A DNA stretch of 64,000 nt from Chloroflexota bacterium (GCA_963662335.2 CAXXVD010000003.1:128001-192000); one strand, 5' to 3'. Positions 9,285-19,508 are shown, counted from the first letter of the stretch. The notes: generated from the letters alone by a model not told the origin. Program-made: numbers and translations.

Positions 9285-10058
9285 TTAATCCACCGCTTGC
9301 AGCGCCATGGCCGCCGTGGTGCCGCCGTCCACGTAGAGCACTTGGCCGGTGACGAAGTCGGCGGCGTCGGAAGCCAGGAAGGCCGCAACCTTGCCGATGT
9401 CCGCCGGTTTGCCCACCCGGCCCCACGGCACCTGGCGCGCGCCTTTTTCGGTGGTATACGCCGGGTTGTCGAAGTAGCGCGGCACCTCGATGAGGCCCGG
9501 CCCAATCGTATTGACCCGCACGCCGTGCGGCGCAAGCTCGATCGCCAACGTGCGGGTCAGGGCGTTCACCGCGCCTTTGGTGCCGGCGTAGGCCACGTGC
9601 TGAGGATAGCCGCCGTAACCGTGCACGGAAGAGATATTGACAATGCTGCCGCCGCCCCGCGCCCGCATGTGGGGCAGCGCCTGCTGCGCGCAGAAGAAGT
9701 AGCCGCGCACGTTCAGGTCGAACATCAGGTTGTAGTGCGCTTCGCTCGTCTCCGCGAACGGCGTCTCCACCGTCACGCCGGCGTTGTTTATCAGCACGTC
9801 CAGGCCGCCCAGGCCGGCCGCGGCCTCGTCCACCGCCCGGCGGCATTCCGCCACGCCGGTCAAGTCGGCCTCCAGCGGGATTGCCGTCCCGCCGCTCTCC
9901 GCGATGCGCGCCACGGTCTCCTGCCCGCCTGCCACGCTGTCGGCGTAGTAGTGCACCGCCACCGCCGACCCCTGCCGCGCCAACTCCAGCGCAATGCCCT
10001 GCCCAATGCCAATCCCCGCGCCGGTCACCAACGCCCGCCGGCCTTCAAGTGCGTTCAT
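9285..10058 (-). CDS. SDR family oxidoreductase
   Basis: TGAGIGIG, NNAG, YAGTK and VDGG motifs. Confidence 0.95.
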   Translation of the reverse strand: MNALEGRRALVTGAGIGIGQGIALELARQGSAVAVHYYADSVAGGQETVARIAESGGTAIPLEADLTGVAECRRAVDEAAAGLGGLDVLINNAGVTVETPFAETSEAHYNLMFDLNVRGYFFCAQQALPHMRARGGGSIVNISSVHGYGGYPQHVAYAGTKGAVNALTRTLAIELAPHGVRVNTIGPGLIEVPRYFDNPAYTTEKGARQVPWGRVGKPADIGKVAAFLASDAADFVTGQVLYVDGGTTAAMALQAVD

Positions 10059-10192
10059 CGTATTCTCCTGTCCCTGAACCTAGTCGCGTGTCTCAAACCG
10101 TAATTCTGGATGCGCCCTGCTTCCATTTTCGGGTAAACACCTGCCAAAGTAAACGACGCCGCGCCGCCGTTCGATCCGCGCCGCGCTCCACA

Positions 10193-11611
10193 TCAGTCAC
10201 CAACCGCTTCGCGCTCCTCCAGGCTGGTCGCGCCGGACGACGGCGATAGCAGCGCAATGAGCGGGCGAATGTCCGCCAGCGTCTCCAGCCGTTCGATTTC
10301 GCGGAAGACGCGCTCTGCCGATTCTGCGTCCAGCGGATGGTGCGCATAAGCGGCGCAGGCGCGGAACTTCTCCCAGCGTTCGGCGCGGGTTAGAGGCAGG
10401 TTCGGTTCGCCCTTGATGTTGGCGTGGCTTACAGTGGTTTGGCGGCCGTCTTGCAGGGTGAGCGTGAGGCGCTCCAGCGTGCCGCGATCGGCGTTTGGCA
10501 GGCGGCGCGGGTGGACCTTCTCCGCCAGGGCCTGCACGTCCGTGGCCGCGCGCACCGCTTCCGGCGCGAAGTCCGCCAGTCCCGGCGCGCCGCGCAGCAG
10601 CGCGTGCGCCACCGTCCACTGGGCGCTGAACTGCGCGTCCACCTGCGGATTCTGCCGGATCCGAAAGGGCTGGCCGATGAGGGCGTGGGCGCGGGGATGC
10701 AGCCGGACCTCCACGGCGGCGATGGCTTGTGGGTCGAACGGGCGCAACGCCGCGGCCGCCTCCAGCGCCATGTCGATGGGCCGGTGCGCCGCCCGGCAGC
10801 AGGGATACGGCTTCAAGGCGATCTCCTCCACCGCGAAGCGTTCGCCCAGCCCCGCCGTCAGCGCGCGCTCGTCACCCTTACCGCCGCCAAAGAGCGCAAA
10901 GAGACCAAAGTCGCCCGCCGCAATGGCGCGCGGCCCGTTGACGCCGATTTCCGCCAGCAGCGCGGCGTGCACCCCCGCGCGGGCGCTGAAAGCCGGTGTC
11001 AGGCGCTTGGCGAGCGTGCCTTCCAGCAGACCCTGGCGGTTGCCCTGGGTTTGGGCGTAGGCCAGCCCGACGGCGTCAGCCAAGCCCTCTCTTGTCAAGC
11101 CAAGCAGTTTCGCGCTCGCCGCCGCCGCGCCCAGGCCGCCAAAGACCGCCGTGGGCAGCCAACCGACGTGCAGGTGGGGCAGCACGGCCAGACCCACGCG
11201 GATTTGCAACTCCGCCGCGCCGGCCAGCGCCGCAATCAGGTCGCGTCCCGCAACCGGCCGGCCGAGACTCTCGGCGGCGGCCAGCGCCGCGGGCAGGAGC
11301 GTGACGTAGACGTGCTGGTTGGCGGCGCGGTGCGAATCGTCGAAGTCGTGGGCGTGGAGCATGGCCGCGTTGAGCCAGGCGGCCGTGGGCGCGGGCAGGC
11401 GGTGGCCGTAGACCAGCGCCGTCGCCTCCGGCGCGCCGCCCCAGCGCGCGTGCCGCGCCACGATCTGCGGCGTCAACGGCGCCGCCGACCCGGCCAGGGC
11501 GCACGCCACCGCGTCGGCGACCTGCGCCTTGACCGCGTCCACCGCGCTTGGCGACAGGTCTGCATACCGCATTTCGGCGGCGAACGCGAGCAGTCGTTTC
11601 AATGGCTCCAT
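10193..11611 (-). CDS. MmgE/PrpD family protein
   Basis: HAHDFDDSH, KPYPCCRAAH and AQFS motifs; start taken at MEPLKRLL. Confidence 0.88.
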   Translation of the reverse strand: MEPLKRLLAFAAEMRYADLSPSAVDAVKAQVADAVACALAGSAAPLTPQIVARHARWGGAPEATALVYGHRLPAPTAAWLNAAMLHAHDFDDSHRAANQHVYVTLLPAALAAAESLGRPVAGRDLIAALAGAAELQIRVGLAVLPHLHVGWLPTAVFGGLGAAAASAKLLGLTREGLADAVGLAYAQTQGNRQGLLEGTLAKRLTPAFSARAGVHAALLAEIGVNGPRAIAAGDFGLFALFGGGKGDERALTAGLGERFAVEEIALKPYPCCRAAHRPIDMALEAAAALRPFDPQAIAAVEVRLHPRAHALIGQPFRIRQNPQVDAQFSAQWTVAHALLRGAPGLADFAPEAVRAATDVQALAEKVHPRRLPNADRGTLERLTLTLQDGRQTTVSHANIKGEPNLPLTRAERWEKFRACAAYAHHPLDAESAERVFREIERLETLADIRPLIALLSPSSGATSLEEREAVGD

Positions 11612-11821
11612 GCACGAATCCCACCCGGCGCTGTCGCCCCAAATACTGCCGGCAAGCGGCCGGGCCTGCGGCCAACGCAATGCGGCGCAGGCACCGGCCG
11701 TGACGACATTCTATTCTACCTGTAACACCACCTCCGGATGCCGGACCCGTACCGCGTACCGGGCAAATTTCCTCGCCGTCATGCTGGCATTACGCAAAGG
11801 TCTGCGGCGGGGGACAAGCCC

Positions 11822-11964
11822 CAATGCTGTCGCATTAAACTGAGCGACCGCAAAACTCGCATCCAAAATCTCCGGTAGCGCAGGTTTGCAACCTGTGAAG
11901 CTGTTAGGTCAGTTTTCTCGTGTCAGTCTCGATAGTTCCGGCGGGGGACAAGCCCCCGCGCTAC
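11822..11964 (+). mobile_element. MITE family 1, copy lacking the right TIR
   Basis: GGGACAAGCCC (11811-11821) then CAATGCTGTCGCATTAA; internal GTAGCGCAGGTTTGCAACCTG and REP A; no right TIR after the REP. Confidence 0.7.
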
Positions 11965-12060
11965 TGTGGAGGATGGAGTCAAGGCTGCGCCGCGGGTAGT
12001 AATACGCGCCGTGACGTGGTGAAATAGGTGTGAACCGGGCGCAGAGGAGGGAGTAGAAGG

Positions 12061-12684
12061 TTGAAAGCGAGGCGGTTGCTTCTCAGGTTTGCCCTGCTGT
12101 GCGCGCTGGCGCTGGTGGGTTGCGATTTCACGGCCGGGTCCGCGCCGGAGAGACGGCAAGTTCGCCTGGACTATAGCTGGGTGGCCGCGGCGCCGCGGGC
12201 GGAACTGGCGGCGCACTTCGACCGCGCCAACGTCTTCATGGCGGCGGACTACTACCGCCGCCAGGCGGGCTACGCCAGTGGCGAGATTCCGCCGCCTCAC
12301 CTCCTCTACAATGCCTATTCCAGCCACCCGTTGGCGTACTACGCCTTGCGGAGAGACGCCGCCAAGCGTCAAGCCGCTGCGTACAAAGCGGAGCCAACGA
12401 GCGGCAATGCCGGCGCACAAACCGAGTCGGCGTCCGCGATGGCGGCCCGGCACTTCGCCCGCGGCCTCATCTTCTACGACCTGGGGGACTTCGATAGCGC
12501 CATCGCGGAGTTAACCCGCGCCATTCAATTCGATGCCCGCCACGCCCGCGCCTACGCCTTCCGCGCGCTCGCCCACCGCTACACCGGCAGCCCGGCCAAG
12601 GCGCACGCCGACCTGCAAAGCGCCATCCGCCTTAAGGCCGAGCCCATGCTCATCGCTGAAGTGCGGCGGGCGCTGAAGCAGTAG
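12061..12684 (+). CDS. TPR-containing lipoprotein
   Basis: LVG-C lipobox; C-terminal TPR pair (RGLIFYDLGDFDSAIAELTRAI, AYAFRALA). Confidence 0.7.
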   Translation: MKARRLLLRFALLCALALVGCDFTAGSAPERRQVRLDYSWVAAAPRAELAAHFDRANVFMAADYYRRQAGYASGEIPPPHLLYNAYSSHPLAYYALRRDAAKRQAAAYKAEPTSGNAGAQTESASAMAARHFARGLIFYDLGDFDSAIAELTRAIQFDARHARAYAFRALAHRYTGSPAKAHADLQSAIRLKAEPMLIAEVRRALKQ

Positions 12685-12774
12685 CCGGAAGCCACGTGTG
12701 CGTAGGTCGCAAAGGCACTCAATGATTGAGTGGGAATATAGGAGCCGCCACCATTGATTCGCCAGTTGCAGCGA

Positions 12775-13422
12775 CTACTGCGGAATGGCGGCCTTCATCA
12801 ACCCTTGACAGTAATCGGCAATCTCTTGAGACCCCGTTAACTCATTGCAAAGAACGCTGAATAAGTCGTGCAGTGCGGAGGGAGTGCCTGTTACGTTTTC
12901 GTAGAAAGATGTGCCGTCAATCTCAAAGACGGGGCGTTGTGTTCTTAGCCGCTTCTCATAGCGCTTGGAAGTCCTCGGAACGATAATCACCAAGTACCCT
13001 CTCCAGCCCCGGCCCTTTACTCTAACGGCGGTATCCAAGTCGCCGGCTACTTTATCTCGATTGCTTGCGTTCATTGTATTGTGCTTGTTCTTTATCTCAG
13101 CGATAGCCCTTTGGCTTTCACATTCCAGGTCATAGCCGGCGTCGTGGTTTACCCATCCCTCTACGCCTGAGAGAACATCCTGATGGAAGTGGCCGAGCGC
13201 GTTCGACATCCCTCTCACTGCGGACTCGCTCTCCTGGAACCGTGTCAAGACCTCTCTCTTGTCGATGCTAAAAGTCGAAGCGATCAGCAAAGAGAGGAAC
13301 GGGTCGATGACGTTCTTCTGTTGGCGCCGTCTTGCATCATCCAGTGCGCTCGCGGCGGCATTGCGGAACTTCACCAGTGCTCTTTCCAGGTCTTCATCGG
13401 ATATCCAGCCTAGCTTAGACAT
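12775..13422 (-). CDS. Type II restriction endonuclease, Eco47II-like family
   Basis: SNALGHFHQ and YDLE...AEIKNKHNTMN PD-(D/E)xK motifs; overlaps the MTase stop codon. Confidence 0.8.
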   Translation of the reverse strand: MSKLGWISDEDLERALVKFRNAAASALDDARRRQQKNVIDPFLSLLIASTFSIDKREVLTRFQESESAVRGMSNALGHFHQDVLSGVEGWVNHDAGYDLECESQRAIAEIKNKHNTMNASNRDKVAGDLDTAVRVKGRGWRGYLVIIVPRTSKRYEKRLRTQRPVFEIDGTSFYENVTGTPSALHDLFSVLCNELTGSQEIADYCQGLMKAAIPQ

Positions 13423-14251
13423 CGCCGACCTGCTGTTGAGAATAAAGCTGTTCTTGAACGTACTCCTCGTTAATCTCAATGCCTATCGGTACTCGCCCGA
13501 GACGTTCCGCAACGCGGTAGGTGGTGCCGCTACCGGAGAACGGGTCGAGCACCACGTCGCCTTCGTCGGTGAACAACAGGATGAAGAACTCCGGCAGCCA
13601 TTCCGGGAAAGCGGCGCTGTGGCCGGTGTTATGGGCGATTGGCGAGCGATGCAGGACGTTGCTGGGATACACCGTTCTCTTTCCTTCCCAGGCAGCCATG
13701 CGTCGGCCCACTTTCGAGTTCGTCCGTGATTCTTGCCGGGAGCGGTCGTTTTCGCTCATGTTCCTGAGGCGGGTTTTCGTCCAATCCCCAACCGGAATCT
13801 TGACGGCATCCTGCCGCATCTTCAGCTCCCGGGTCTTGCTGAAATGCAGCAGTCTTTCCCATGAGTCCCTGAATCGGTACTTCCACTTGCCCGGCGCAGC
13901 CGTGGTCTTATGCCAGATGTACTCTTCTACCCAGCGGAATCCGACCTCGCGGTTTAGCGCCAGGATTAGCTCCAATACATACGGATGCCGCTGTCCGTCA
14001 ACTACTTTTTCCTTGATATTGAGAACGAACGAGCCCGATGGCTTGAGCAAGCGCAGCATCTGTGCGGCCCGCTCTGTGAACCAGGCCACATAGGCGTCCG
14101 GGTGGACACCGCCATAGGTATGTTGCCGCGCATCGGCGTATGGGGGAGAGGTCACGATGAGGTCAACAGAATCTGAAGGCATAGCCTTCATTACATCGAG
14201 ACAATCCCCCAGATGAACACGGTTCCTCCACTTGGAAACATCTTCATTCAT
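13415..14251 (-). CDS. N4/N6 DNA methyltransferase, beta class
   Basis: TSPPY (motif IV) precedes LDPFSGSGTT (motif I); HSAAFP motif. Confidence 0.92.
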   Translation of the reverse strand: MNEDVSKWRNRVHLGDCLDVMKAMPSDSVDLIVTSPPYADARQHTYGGVHPDAYVAWFTERAAQMLRLLKPSGSFVLNIKEKVVDGQRHPYVLELILALNREVGFRWVEEYIWHKTTAAPGKWKYRFRDSWERLLHFSKTRELKMRQDAVKIPVGDWTKTRLRNMSENDRSRQESRTNSKVGRRMAAWEGKRTVYPSNVLHRSPIAHNTGHSAAFPEWLPEFFILLFTDEGDVVLDPFSGSGTTYRVAERLGRVPIGIEINEEYVQEQLYSQQQVGDV

Positions 14252-14302
14252 CGTCGCGTCAGCCCTCTTGCTGCATTTGCCCCGACTTTGAACATACCAC
14301 AA

Positions 14303-14330
14303 GTAGGGGCACGACATGTCGTGCCCCTAC
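14303..14330. repeat. GTAG-type perfect palindrome GTAGGGGCACGACATGTCGTGCCCCTAC (family B)
   Basis: Identical core at 63191-63218; variants at 22261-22286 and 25398-25425. Confidence 0.85.
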
Positions 14331-14388
14331 CGCGCAGGTGGCGATGATGTCGCGCCCCTACCGCAGGGCCGGGGAAGATGTCGCGCCG

Positions 14389-15585
14389 CTAGCTCACCAG
14401 CGCGCCCAACGCCGCGTGGGCGGCTTGTTCGCCGGCGTAGATTTCCCGGATGCGCTCCTGCAACGCGGCGCGCAAATCGGCGCTCTCAGCGTCCGTGAGC
14501 GGGAAATCCTGGCTCAGGGCCTGCTCCAGGGCGCTGAGTTGCGTCCAGATGCCCTTGATTTCCGCAGTGGCGGCCGGGCCTTGGCTTAGGAAAAGCTCTT
14601 CCCGGCGGGCGATCAGGTCTTTCGCTTCGCGGAAGGGAGCCACGTCGTCGGGCAGCGCCGCGTCGGCCAGCGCGCTCCACTTGCGGCCCAGGTCGGCGTA
14701 TTCGTCCGCCAGCGGCAGGAGAGCGTCATCGTCCAGCGCCGCGGCCGCCTCGCGGAAGAAGGCGGCGTAGAGCGGGCGCATCAGGCCGCCGCCGGTGTGG
14801 TAGCGCTCGATGAAGTCGTAGACCGAGCGCAGGCCTTGCAGCAGGCGGTGGCCGGGCGGAAAGACCTGCTCCCAGCTATCCTTGCCCTTACTGCCGTGAA
14901 TGCGGTCGGCCCAGGTCTTGAAGGCCTCCAGGGTGAAGTTCTTCATGCGCGCATTTTGCAGGCCATCGTGGCACGCCTTGACGCCCGCCAATACAGCCTC
15001 GCGCAAGTCTAAATCCTCTTGCGGGCCGCCCACGGTCAGCACCCGGTTCTTCTGCTTCTTGATGCGCGCGCGGGCCTCCGCAAGATCATCCAAGGGAATG
15101 GCGATCGGTTCAGCGGTCAGGTCGCCAATCAGGGCCTCGCCGTCGCTCAAGCTATAGACCGTGATGACGTGGTAGCCGCCGCCCGCGTAGAAACTCGGTA
15201 TGCCCCGGTACGCCAAGAGCGCCATTTCCACCCAGGCGATGGCGCAGCCGCTGGCTTCAACCGCCTCGGCCAGTTGCGCGGCGGCCTTCTTCTTGCCGCC
15301 GGATTCGAGGACGGTCGGCGTGACGCCAAAGCGGTCGCAGGCGTCGTTCAGGTAGGCGTCGCTTTCGTGCCAACGGTGGCGTCCGGCGACGTAGAAGCTG
15401 GCGAAGTCCTCAGCCGCGTAGTAGAAGTGGAACACGCCGGCGCCAATGCCGCCGGCAATGCCAAAGACCATAGCTTCTGTAAAGGGCTCGCCCGTCTGCG
15501 GGTTCGTGACGCCCGCGTGGGCCAACGCGGCGCGCAGAGCGGTTGTCTCCGGGTGGATGCCGGGGAAGTGCGGAGAATCGGGCAC
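14389..15585 (-). CDS. BtrH_N/DUF4872 domain protein
   Basis: GIHPET, TEAMVFGIAGGIG, GGGYH and TGGGLMRPLYA motifs; GTG start after GAGGAG. Confidence 0.75.
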   Translation of the reverse strand: MPDSPHFPGIHPETTALRAALAHAGVTNPQTGEPFTEAMVFGIAGGIGAGVFHFYYAAEDFASFYVAGRHRWHESDAYLNDACDRFGVTPTVLESGGKKKAAAQLAEAVEASGCAIAWVEMALLAYRGIPSFYAGGGYHVITVYSLSDGEALIGDLTAEPIAIPLDDLAEARARIKKQKNRVLTVGGPQEDLDLREAVLAGVKACHDGLQNARMKNFTLEAFKTWADRIHGSKGKDSWEQVFPPGHRLLQGLRSVYDFIERYHTGGGLMRPLYAAFFREAAAALDDDALLPLADEYADLGRKWSALADAALPDDVAPFREAKDLIARREELFLSQGPAATAEIKGIWTQLSALEQALSQDFPLTDAESADLRAALQERIREIYAGEQAAHAALGALVS

Positions 15586-15654
15586 GGTAGCGCTCCTCTT
15601 TTGATGCCTTTGCAAGACCCCTTCCCGCTTCAGGGCTGACAAGGGTATGTACGT

Positions 15655-15772
15655 GTCATTCCGAGCGCAGCGAGGAATCTACGTTGATGCCCGCCAAGAG
15701 CGGCCCCTTAAATGGCGTATCCCGTCGCTCCCGTTGCAACGCCCTTAGATTCCTCGCTGCGCTCGGAATGAC
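15655..15772. repeat. GTCATTCCGAGCGCAGCGAGGAATCT...AGATTCCTCGCTGCGCTCGGAATGAC inverted-repeat element (family C)
   Basis: Same arms at 3101, 16981, 19105 (x3), 33804, 59434 and a half copy at 63448; loops differ. Confidence 0.9.
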
Positions 15773-15839
15773 AGCTTGGGTGATAAGTCGTGCTGAAGAC
15801 GCATTCAGCAAAAGGGTGGCGCGCGCTTGCCGCCGCGGG

Positions 15840-16907
15840 CTACGCGCCGCGCCGCAACTGGTACTGCGGAATAGCCACCGGCCGGCCGCCGTCGGCGGCG
15901 GATTCGGCGGCGCAGACCCCCGGCAGACTGTACATGATGCCTTCGTAGACGTCGATGGGGGCGGGGCCGCCGGTGCGAATGGCGTTGAAGAATGCCTCCA
16001 GCATGTACCATTCGGCGGTGCCGTGACCGCCCAGGGCGGCTTTTGCCGGCGCATCGGGGAAGTTCCTGCCTAGCGGGAGTCCCTCCGGCACGGTGAATTC
16101 ACTCGCGCCCGCGTAACGGAACTTCGGCTCGTCGATGCCGATCCACCCGGAATCGAACGTCGCCTTGGTGCCCATGAACACGTGGCGGTGGTGGCCCCAG
16201 TGGGAATTGGCGAACGAGCACGAAATGCGCACGATGCTGTCGTCCGTCATGCGGAAGATGGCGACCTCGATGTCGGTGAGGTGGGACTCGTAGTGTTCCC
16301 GCGTGCCGAGGCAGACCACCTCCACCGGATACTGGCCGGTGACCCACATCACCGGGCCCAAGCTGTGGGTGAGATAGGTGATCGGCGGCATGGAGGCCCG
16401 CCAGAAGAGCTTGCCGTGTTCGTCGCGCCGCAGGCGCGTGATGTTGTGAATGTACTCGGCTTCCGCGGCAAAGATCTCGCCAAAGTCGCCCCGCTCGTTG
16501 AGGTGCTTGAGCGTGTGCACGTAGGCCCAATAGTTGCAGTTTTCGCCGCACATGTAGAGGGCGTCGCTTGCTTCTTGGGCGGCCACCAGTTGCTCGGCCT
16601 CTTCCCGCGTGGCGAGAATGGGAATCTCGGATATCACATTCACGCCCGCTTGGAGTACCTGTATGGAATGCTCAGCGTGCTGCGGCGCCGGCGTGGCCAC
16701 AACCACCAGGTCCAAGTCCTCCGCCAGCAACTCCTCCAGCGAGGCATAGCCCTTGGGCACGTGGTGCTCCGCGCATACCTCTTGCAAGCGCTCGGCATTC
16801 TTATCCGCCACCGCCGTGAGGCTTACGCCCGGCATGGCCTGGAGCACGCGCACGAAACTCCGCCCGCGCCGCACTCCCAATACGCCCGCACGCAATTCGC
16901 TGCTCAT
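15840..16907 (-). CDS. Gfo/Idh/MocA family oxidoreductase (tandem paralog B)
   Basis: 355 aa, GVLGVRRG, SEIP and YLTHSLGP; colinear with 17164-18231. Confidence 0.9.
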   Translation of the reverse strand: MSSELRAGVLGVRRGRSFVRVLQAMPGVSLTAVADKNAERLQEVCAEHHVPKGYASLEELLAEDLDLVVVATPAPQHAEHSIQVLQAGVNVISEIPILATREEAEQLVAAQEASDALYMCGENCNYWAYVHTLKHLNERGDFGEIFAAEAEYIHNITRLRRDEHGKLFWRASMPPITYLTHSLGPVMWVTGQYPVEVVCLGTREHYESHLTDIEVAIFRMTDDSIVRISCSFANSHWGHHRHVFMGTKATFDSGWIGIDEPKFRYAGASEFTVPEGLPLGRNFPDAPAKAALGGHGTAEWYMLEAFFNAIRTGGPAPIDVYEGIMYSLPGVCAAESAADGGRPVAIPQYQLRRGA

Positions 16908-16960
16908 AGCACTCCTCTCTCCGCTTTGGCTCCAGAAGGGAATCTATGCCCTCTCCTGGC

Positions 16961-17122
16961 ATTGGCAAGACTTTGTAAATGTCATTCCGAGCGCAGCGAG
17001 GAATCTAAGGAAGCCGGTTTTGCAGGACTCGGCTTTGGATTCCGCGAACAAGGTTCGACACCCGCCACGCTCCGTTCGGAATGACACGTGAAATCCACTA
17101 TGGAATACATCTCTCTGTCAAC
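16961..17122. mobile_element. Degenerate MITE family 2 copy
   Basis: Ends TTGGCAAG...CTCTGTCAA; near-TSD TCTCCTGGC/TCTCCTGGG; internal family C palindrome 16981-17085; right part resembles 3190-3240. Confidence 0.55.
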
Positions 17123-17163
17123 TCTCCTGGGGGAGAGGGCGTCCAAACGGATACAGCTTCTAG

Positions 17164-18231
17164 CTACGCCTCGCGCTGCAACTGATACTGCGGAATGGCG
17201 ACCGGCCGGCCCCCGTTGGCGGCGGATTCCGCCGCGCAGACGCCCGCCAAGCTGTACATGATGCCCTCGTAGACGTCGATGGGCGCCGGGCCGCCGCTGC
17301 GAATGGCGGTGAAGAATTCCTCCAGCATGTACCATTCGGCGGTGCCGTGGCCTCCCAGGGCCGCCGCCGCCGGCGCATCGGGATAGTTCGTGCCCAGCGG
17401 CAGGTTGTCCGGCACGGTGAATTCGCTCTCGCCCGCGTAGCGGAACTTCGGCTCGTCCTTGCCGATCCAGCCGGAATCGAACGTGGCCTTGGTGCCCATG
17501 AAGGACTGGCGGTGGTTGCCCCAGTGGGCGTTGGCGAACGAACACGTAATGCGCACCACGCTATCGTCGGTCATGCGAAAGAGCGCCATTTGGATGTCGG
17601 TCAGGTCCGGCTCGAAGTGATTCGCCGTGCCGAGGCAGACCACCTCCACCGGATACTGGCCCATGACCGACATCACGGGCCCCAGGCTGTGGGTGAGATA
17701 GGTGATTGGCTGCATCGAGGCCCGCCAGGTGGGATTGCCGTGCTCGTCGCGCCGCAGGCCGGGAATGCTGTGAATGTACTCGGCTTCCGCGGCGAAGATC
17801 TCGCCAAAGTCGCCCCGCTGGTTCAGGCGCTTCAGGGAATCGACGTACGCCCAGTAGTTGCAGTTCTCGCCGCACATGTAGAGAGCGTCGCTCTTCTCCG
17901 CGGCGGCCACCAGTTGGTCGGCCTCTGCCCGCGTGGCGAGCACGGGGATTTCGGAGAGCACGTGTACGCCGGCCTCCAGCGCCTGTATCGAGTTTTCCGC
18001 GTGTTGGGCTACCGGCGTTGCCACCACCACCAGGTCCAAATCTTCCGCCAGCAGTTCATCCAGCGAGGCGACGCCCTTGGGCACGTTGTGCTCCGCGCAG
18101 ACCCGCTGGCGCCGCTCCGCGTGCATGTCCGCCACCGCCGTCACGCTGACGCCGTCCATAGCCTGCATCACGCGCACGAAGCTCAGACCCCGCCCGACAC
18201 CCAATACGCCCGCCCGCAATTCGCCGCTCAT
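17164..18231 (-). CDS. Gfo/Idh/MocA family oxidoreductase (tandem paralog A)
   Basis: 355 aa, GVLGVGRG, SEIP and GGHGTAEWY. Confidence 0.9.
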   Translation of the reverse strand: MSGELRAGVLGVGRGLSFVRVMQAMDGVSVTAVADMHAERRQRVCAEHNVPKGVASLDELLAEDLDLVVVATPVAQHAENSIQALEAGVHVLSEIPVLATRAEADQLVAAAEKSDALYMCGENCNYWAYVDSLKRLNQRGDFGEIFAAEAEYIHSIPGLRRDEHGNPTWRASMQPITYLTHSLGPVMSVMGQYPVEVVCLGTANHFEPDLTDIQMALFRMTDDSVVRITCSFANAHWGNHRQSFMGTKATFDSGWIGKDEPKFRYAGESEFTVPDNLPLGTNYPDAPAAAALGGHGTAEWYMLEEFFTAIRSGGPAPIDVYEGIMYSLAGVCAAESAANGGRPVAIPQYQLQREA

Positions 18232-18289
18232 CGCATTCCTCGCTTAGAAGTGTGCTGCCGAAACTACACGCTCTTACTGCGCCTGCCGC

Positions 18290-19054
18290 CTAGTCCAACG
18301 TGCCGATCTCCTGCCGGAGATTCTTCATGCCTTCGCTGACGAATACGCTATCGTTGCCGAACCAGAGGTAGCGGAAGCCCTCGGCCACGCGCTGTTGGGC
18401 CTGCTCATAGCTCTGGCAAACGTAGCCGGCCGCGGTGCCGGTGCGCTTGCTGGCGGCGGCCACCTGCTGCACCAGCGCCTCGTGATGGGCCTCGTCGTGG
18501 CCGTGGGCGCGCACGTTGATCATCAGGTCGCCGGGGCCGATGAGCACCACGTCCACGTTCTCCACCCGCATGATGCTCTCCACGTTGGCGATCGCCTCTT
18601 CGCTCTCCACCATCACGATGACCATGACCTCGTCGTTGGCGCGGGCGAAATAGTCCTGCGCCGTGCCGCCGCCGATGAGGCCGAGCCTGATGCCGCCGCC
18701 GGAGCGCGTGCCCGTGGGCGGAAAGTAGGCCGGACTCGCCATGGCCGCGGCCTGTTCGGCAGTCTCGATCATGGGAATGATGACGCCCATGGCGCCCATG
18801 TCGAGCACGCGGTTGATTGTGCCCGGCTCGTGGCCTTTCACGCGCACGATCGGCACGGTGCCGGTGTGGAGAAAACGCGCCAGCGCGTTGTTGAGCGAAA
18901 GCTCGGTCCACTGCCCGTGCTGCCAATCGAAGTTGACGAAGTCGAAGCCCACGTGGGCGACCTGCTCGGCCAAATCCGGCGAGTCGATGCCCATGGCCGG
19001 CCCGGCGGTCACGCCGCCGGCGCGGAGCTTGGCCAGCGCCCGGTTCTGCTGCAT
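18290..19054 (-). CDS. HpcH/HpaI aldolase family protein
   Basis: GFDFVNFDWQHG, LDMGAMGVIIPM, MVES and IGPGDL motifs. Confidence 0.9.
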   Translation of the reverse strand: MQQNRALAKLRAGGVTAGPAMGIDSPDLAEQVAHVGFDFVNFDWQHGQWTELSLNNALARFLHTGTVPIVRVKGHEPGTINRVLDMGAMGVIIPMIETAEQAAAMASPAYFPPTGTRSGGGIRLGLIGGGTAQDYFARANDEVMVIVMVESEEAIANVESIMRVENVDVVLIGPGDLMINVRAHGHDEAHHEALVQQVAAASKRTGTAAGYVCQSYEQAQQRVAEGFRYLWFGNDSVFVSEGMKNLRQEIGTLD

Positions 19055-19104
19055 CTCTTCCGTACTCCTTTATCTCCTAGTCCAAGCCTGTATTTGCACA
19101 ACAT

Positions 19105-19444
19105 GTCATTCCGAGCGCAGCGAGGAATCTAGCGCCTACACCCCGCGTATCCCGGCCTGCGAGACCTCTTAGATTCCTCACTGCGCTGCGCTCCGTTCGG
19201 AATGACACAGACTTACACAGCATGTCATTCCGAGCGCAGCGAGGAATCTAGCGCCTACACCCCGCGTATCCCGGCCTGCGAAACCCCTTAGATTCCTCAC
19301 TGCGCTGCGCTCCGTTCGGAATGACACAGATTTACACAGCATGTCATTCCGAGCGCAGCGAGGAATCTAGCGCCTACACCCCGCGTATCCCGGCTTGTGA
19401 GACCCTTTAGATTCCTCACTGCGCTGCGCTCCGTTCGGAATGAC
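19105..19444. repeat. Tandem array of three family C palindromic units, 119-bp period
   Basis: Units start at 19105, 19224 and 19343; loops nearly identical. Confidence 0.92.
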
Positions 19445-19508
19445 AGAGGGTACGAAGTATGCCGGTGACGGGCGCAATTCCTCAACCGCTGCTGCGCCAA
19501 TCCTGCCG

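Noticed and set aside
19105-19444. CRISPR array
   Set aside because: The intervening sequences are nearly identical, the units are inverted-repeat pairs found singly elsewhere, and no cas genes are present
19297-19500. Small ORFs containing CHSERSEES, VIPSAARNL or VARGLVPR peptides
   Set aside because: These are translations of the palindromic repeat families
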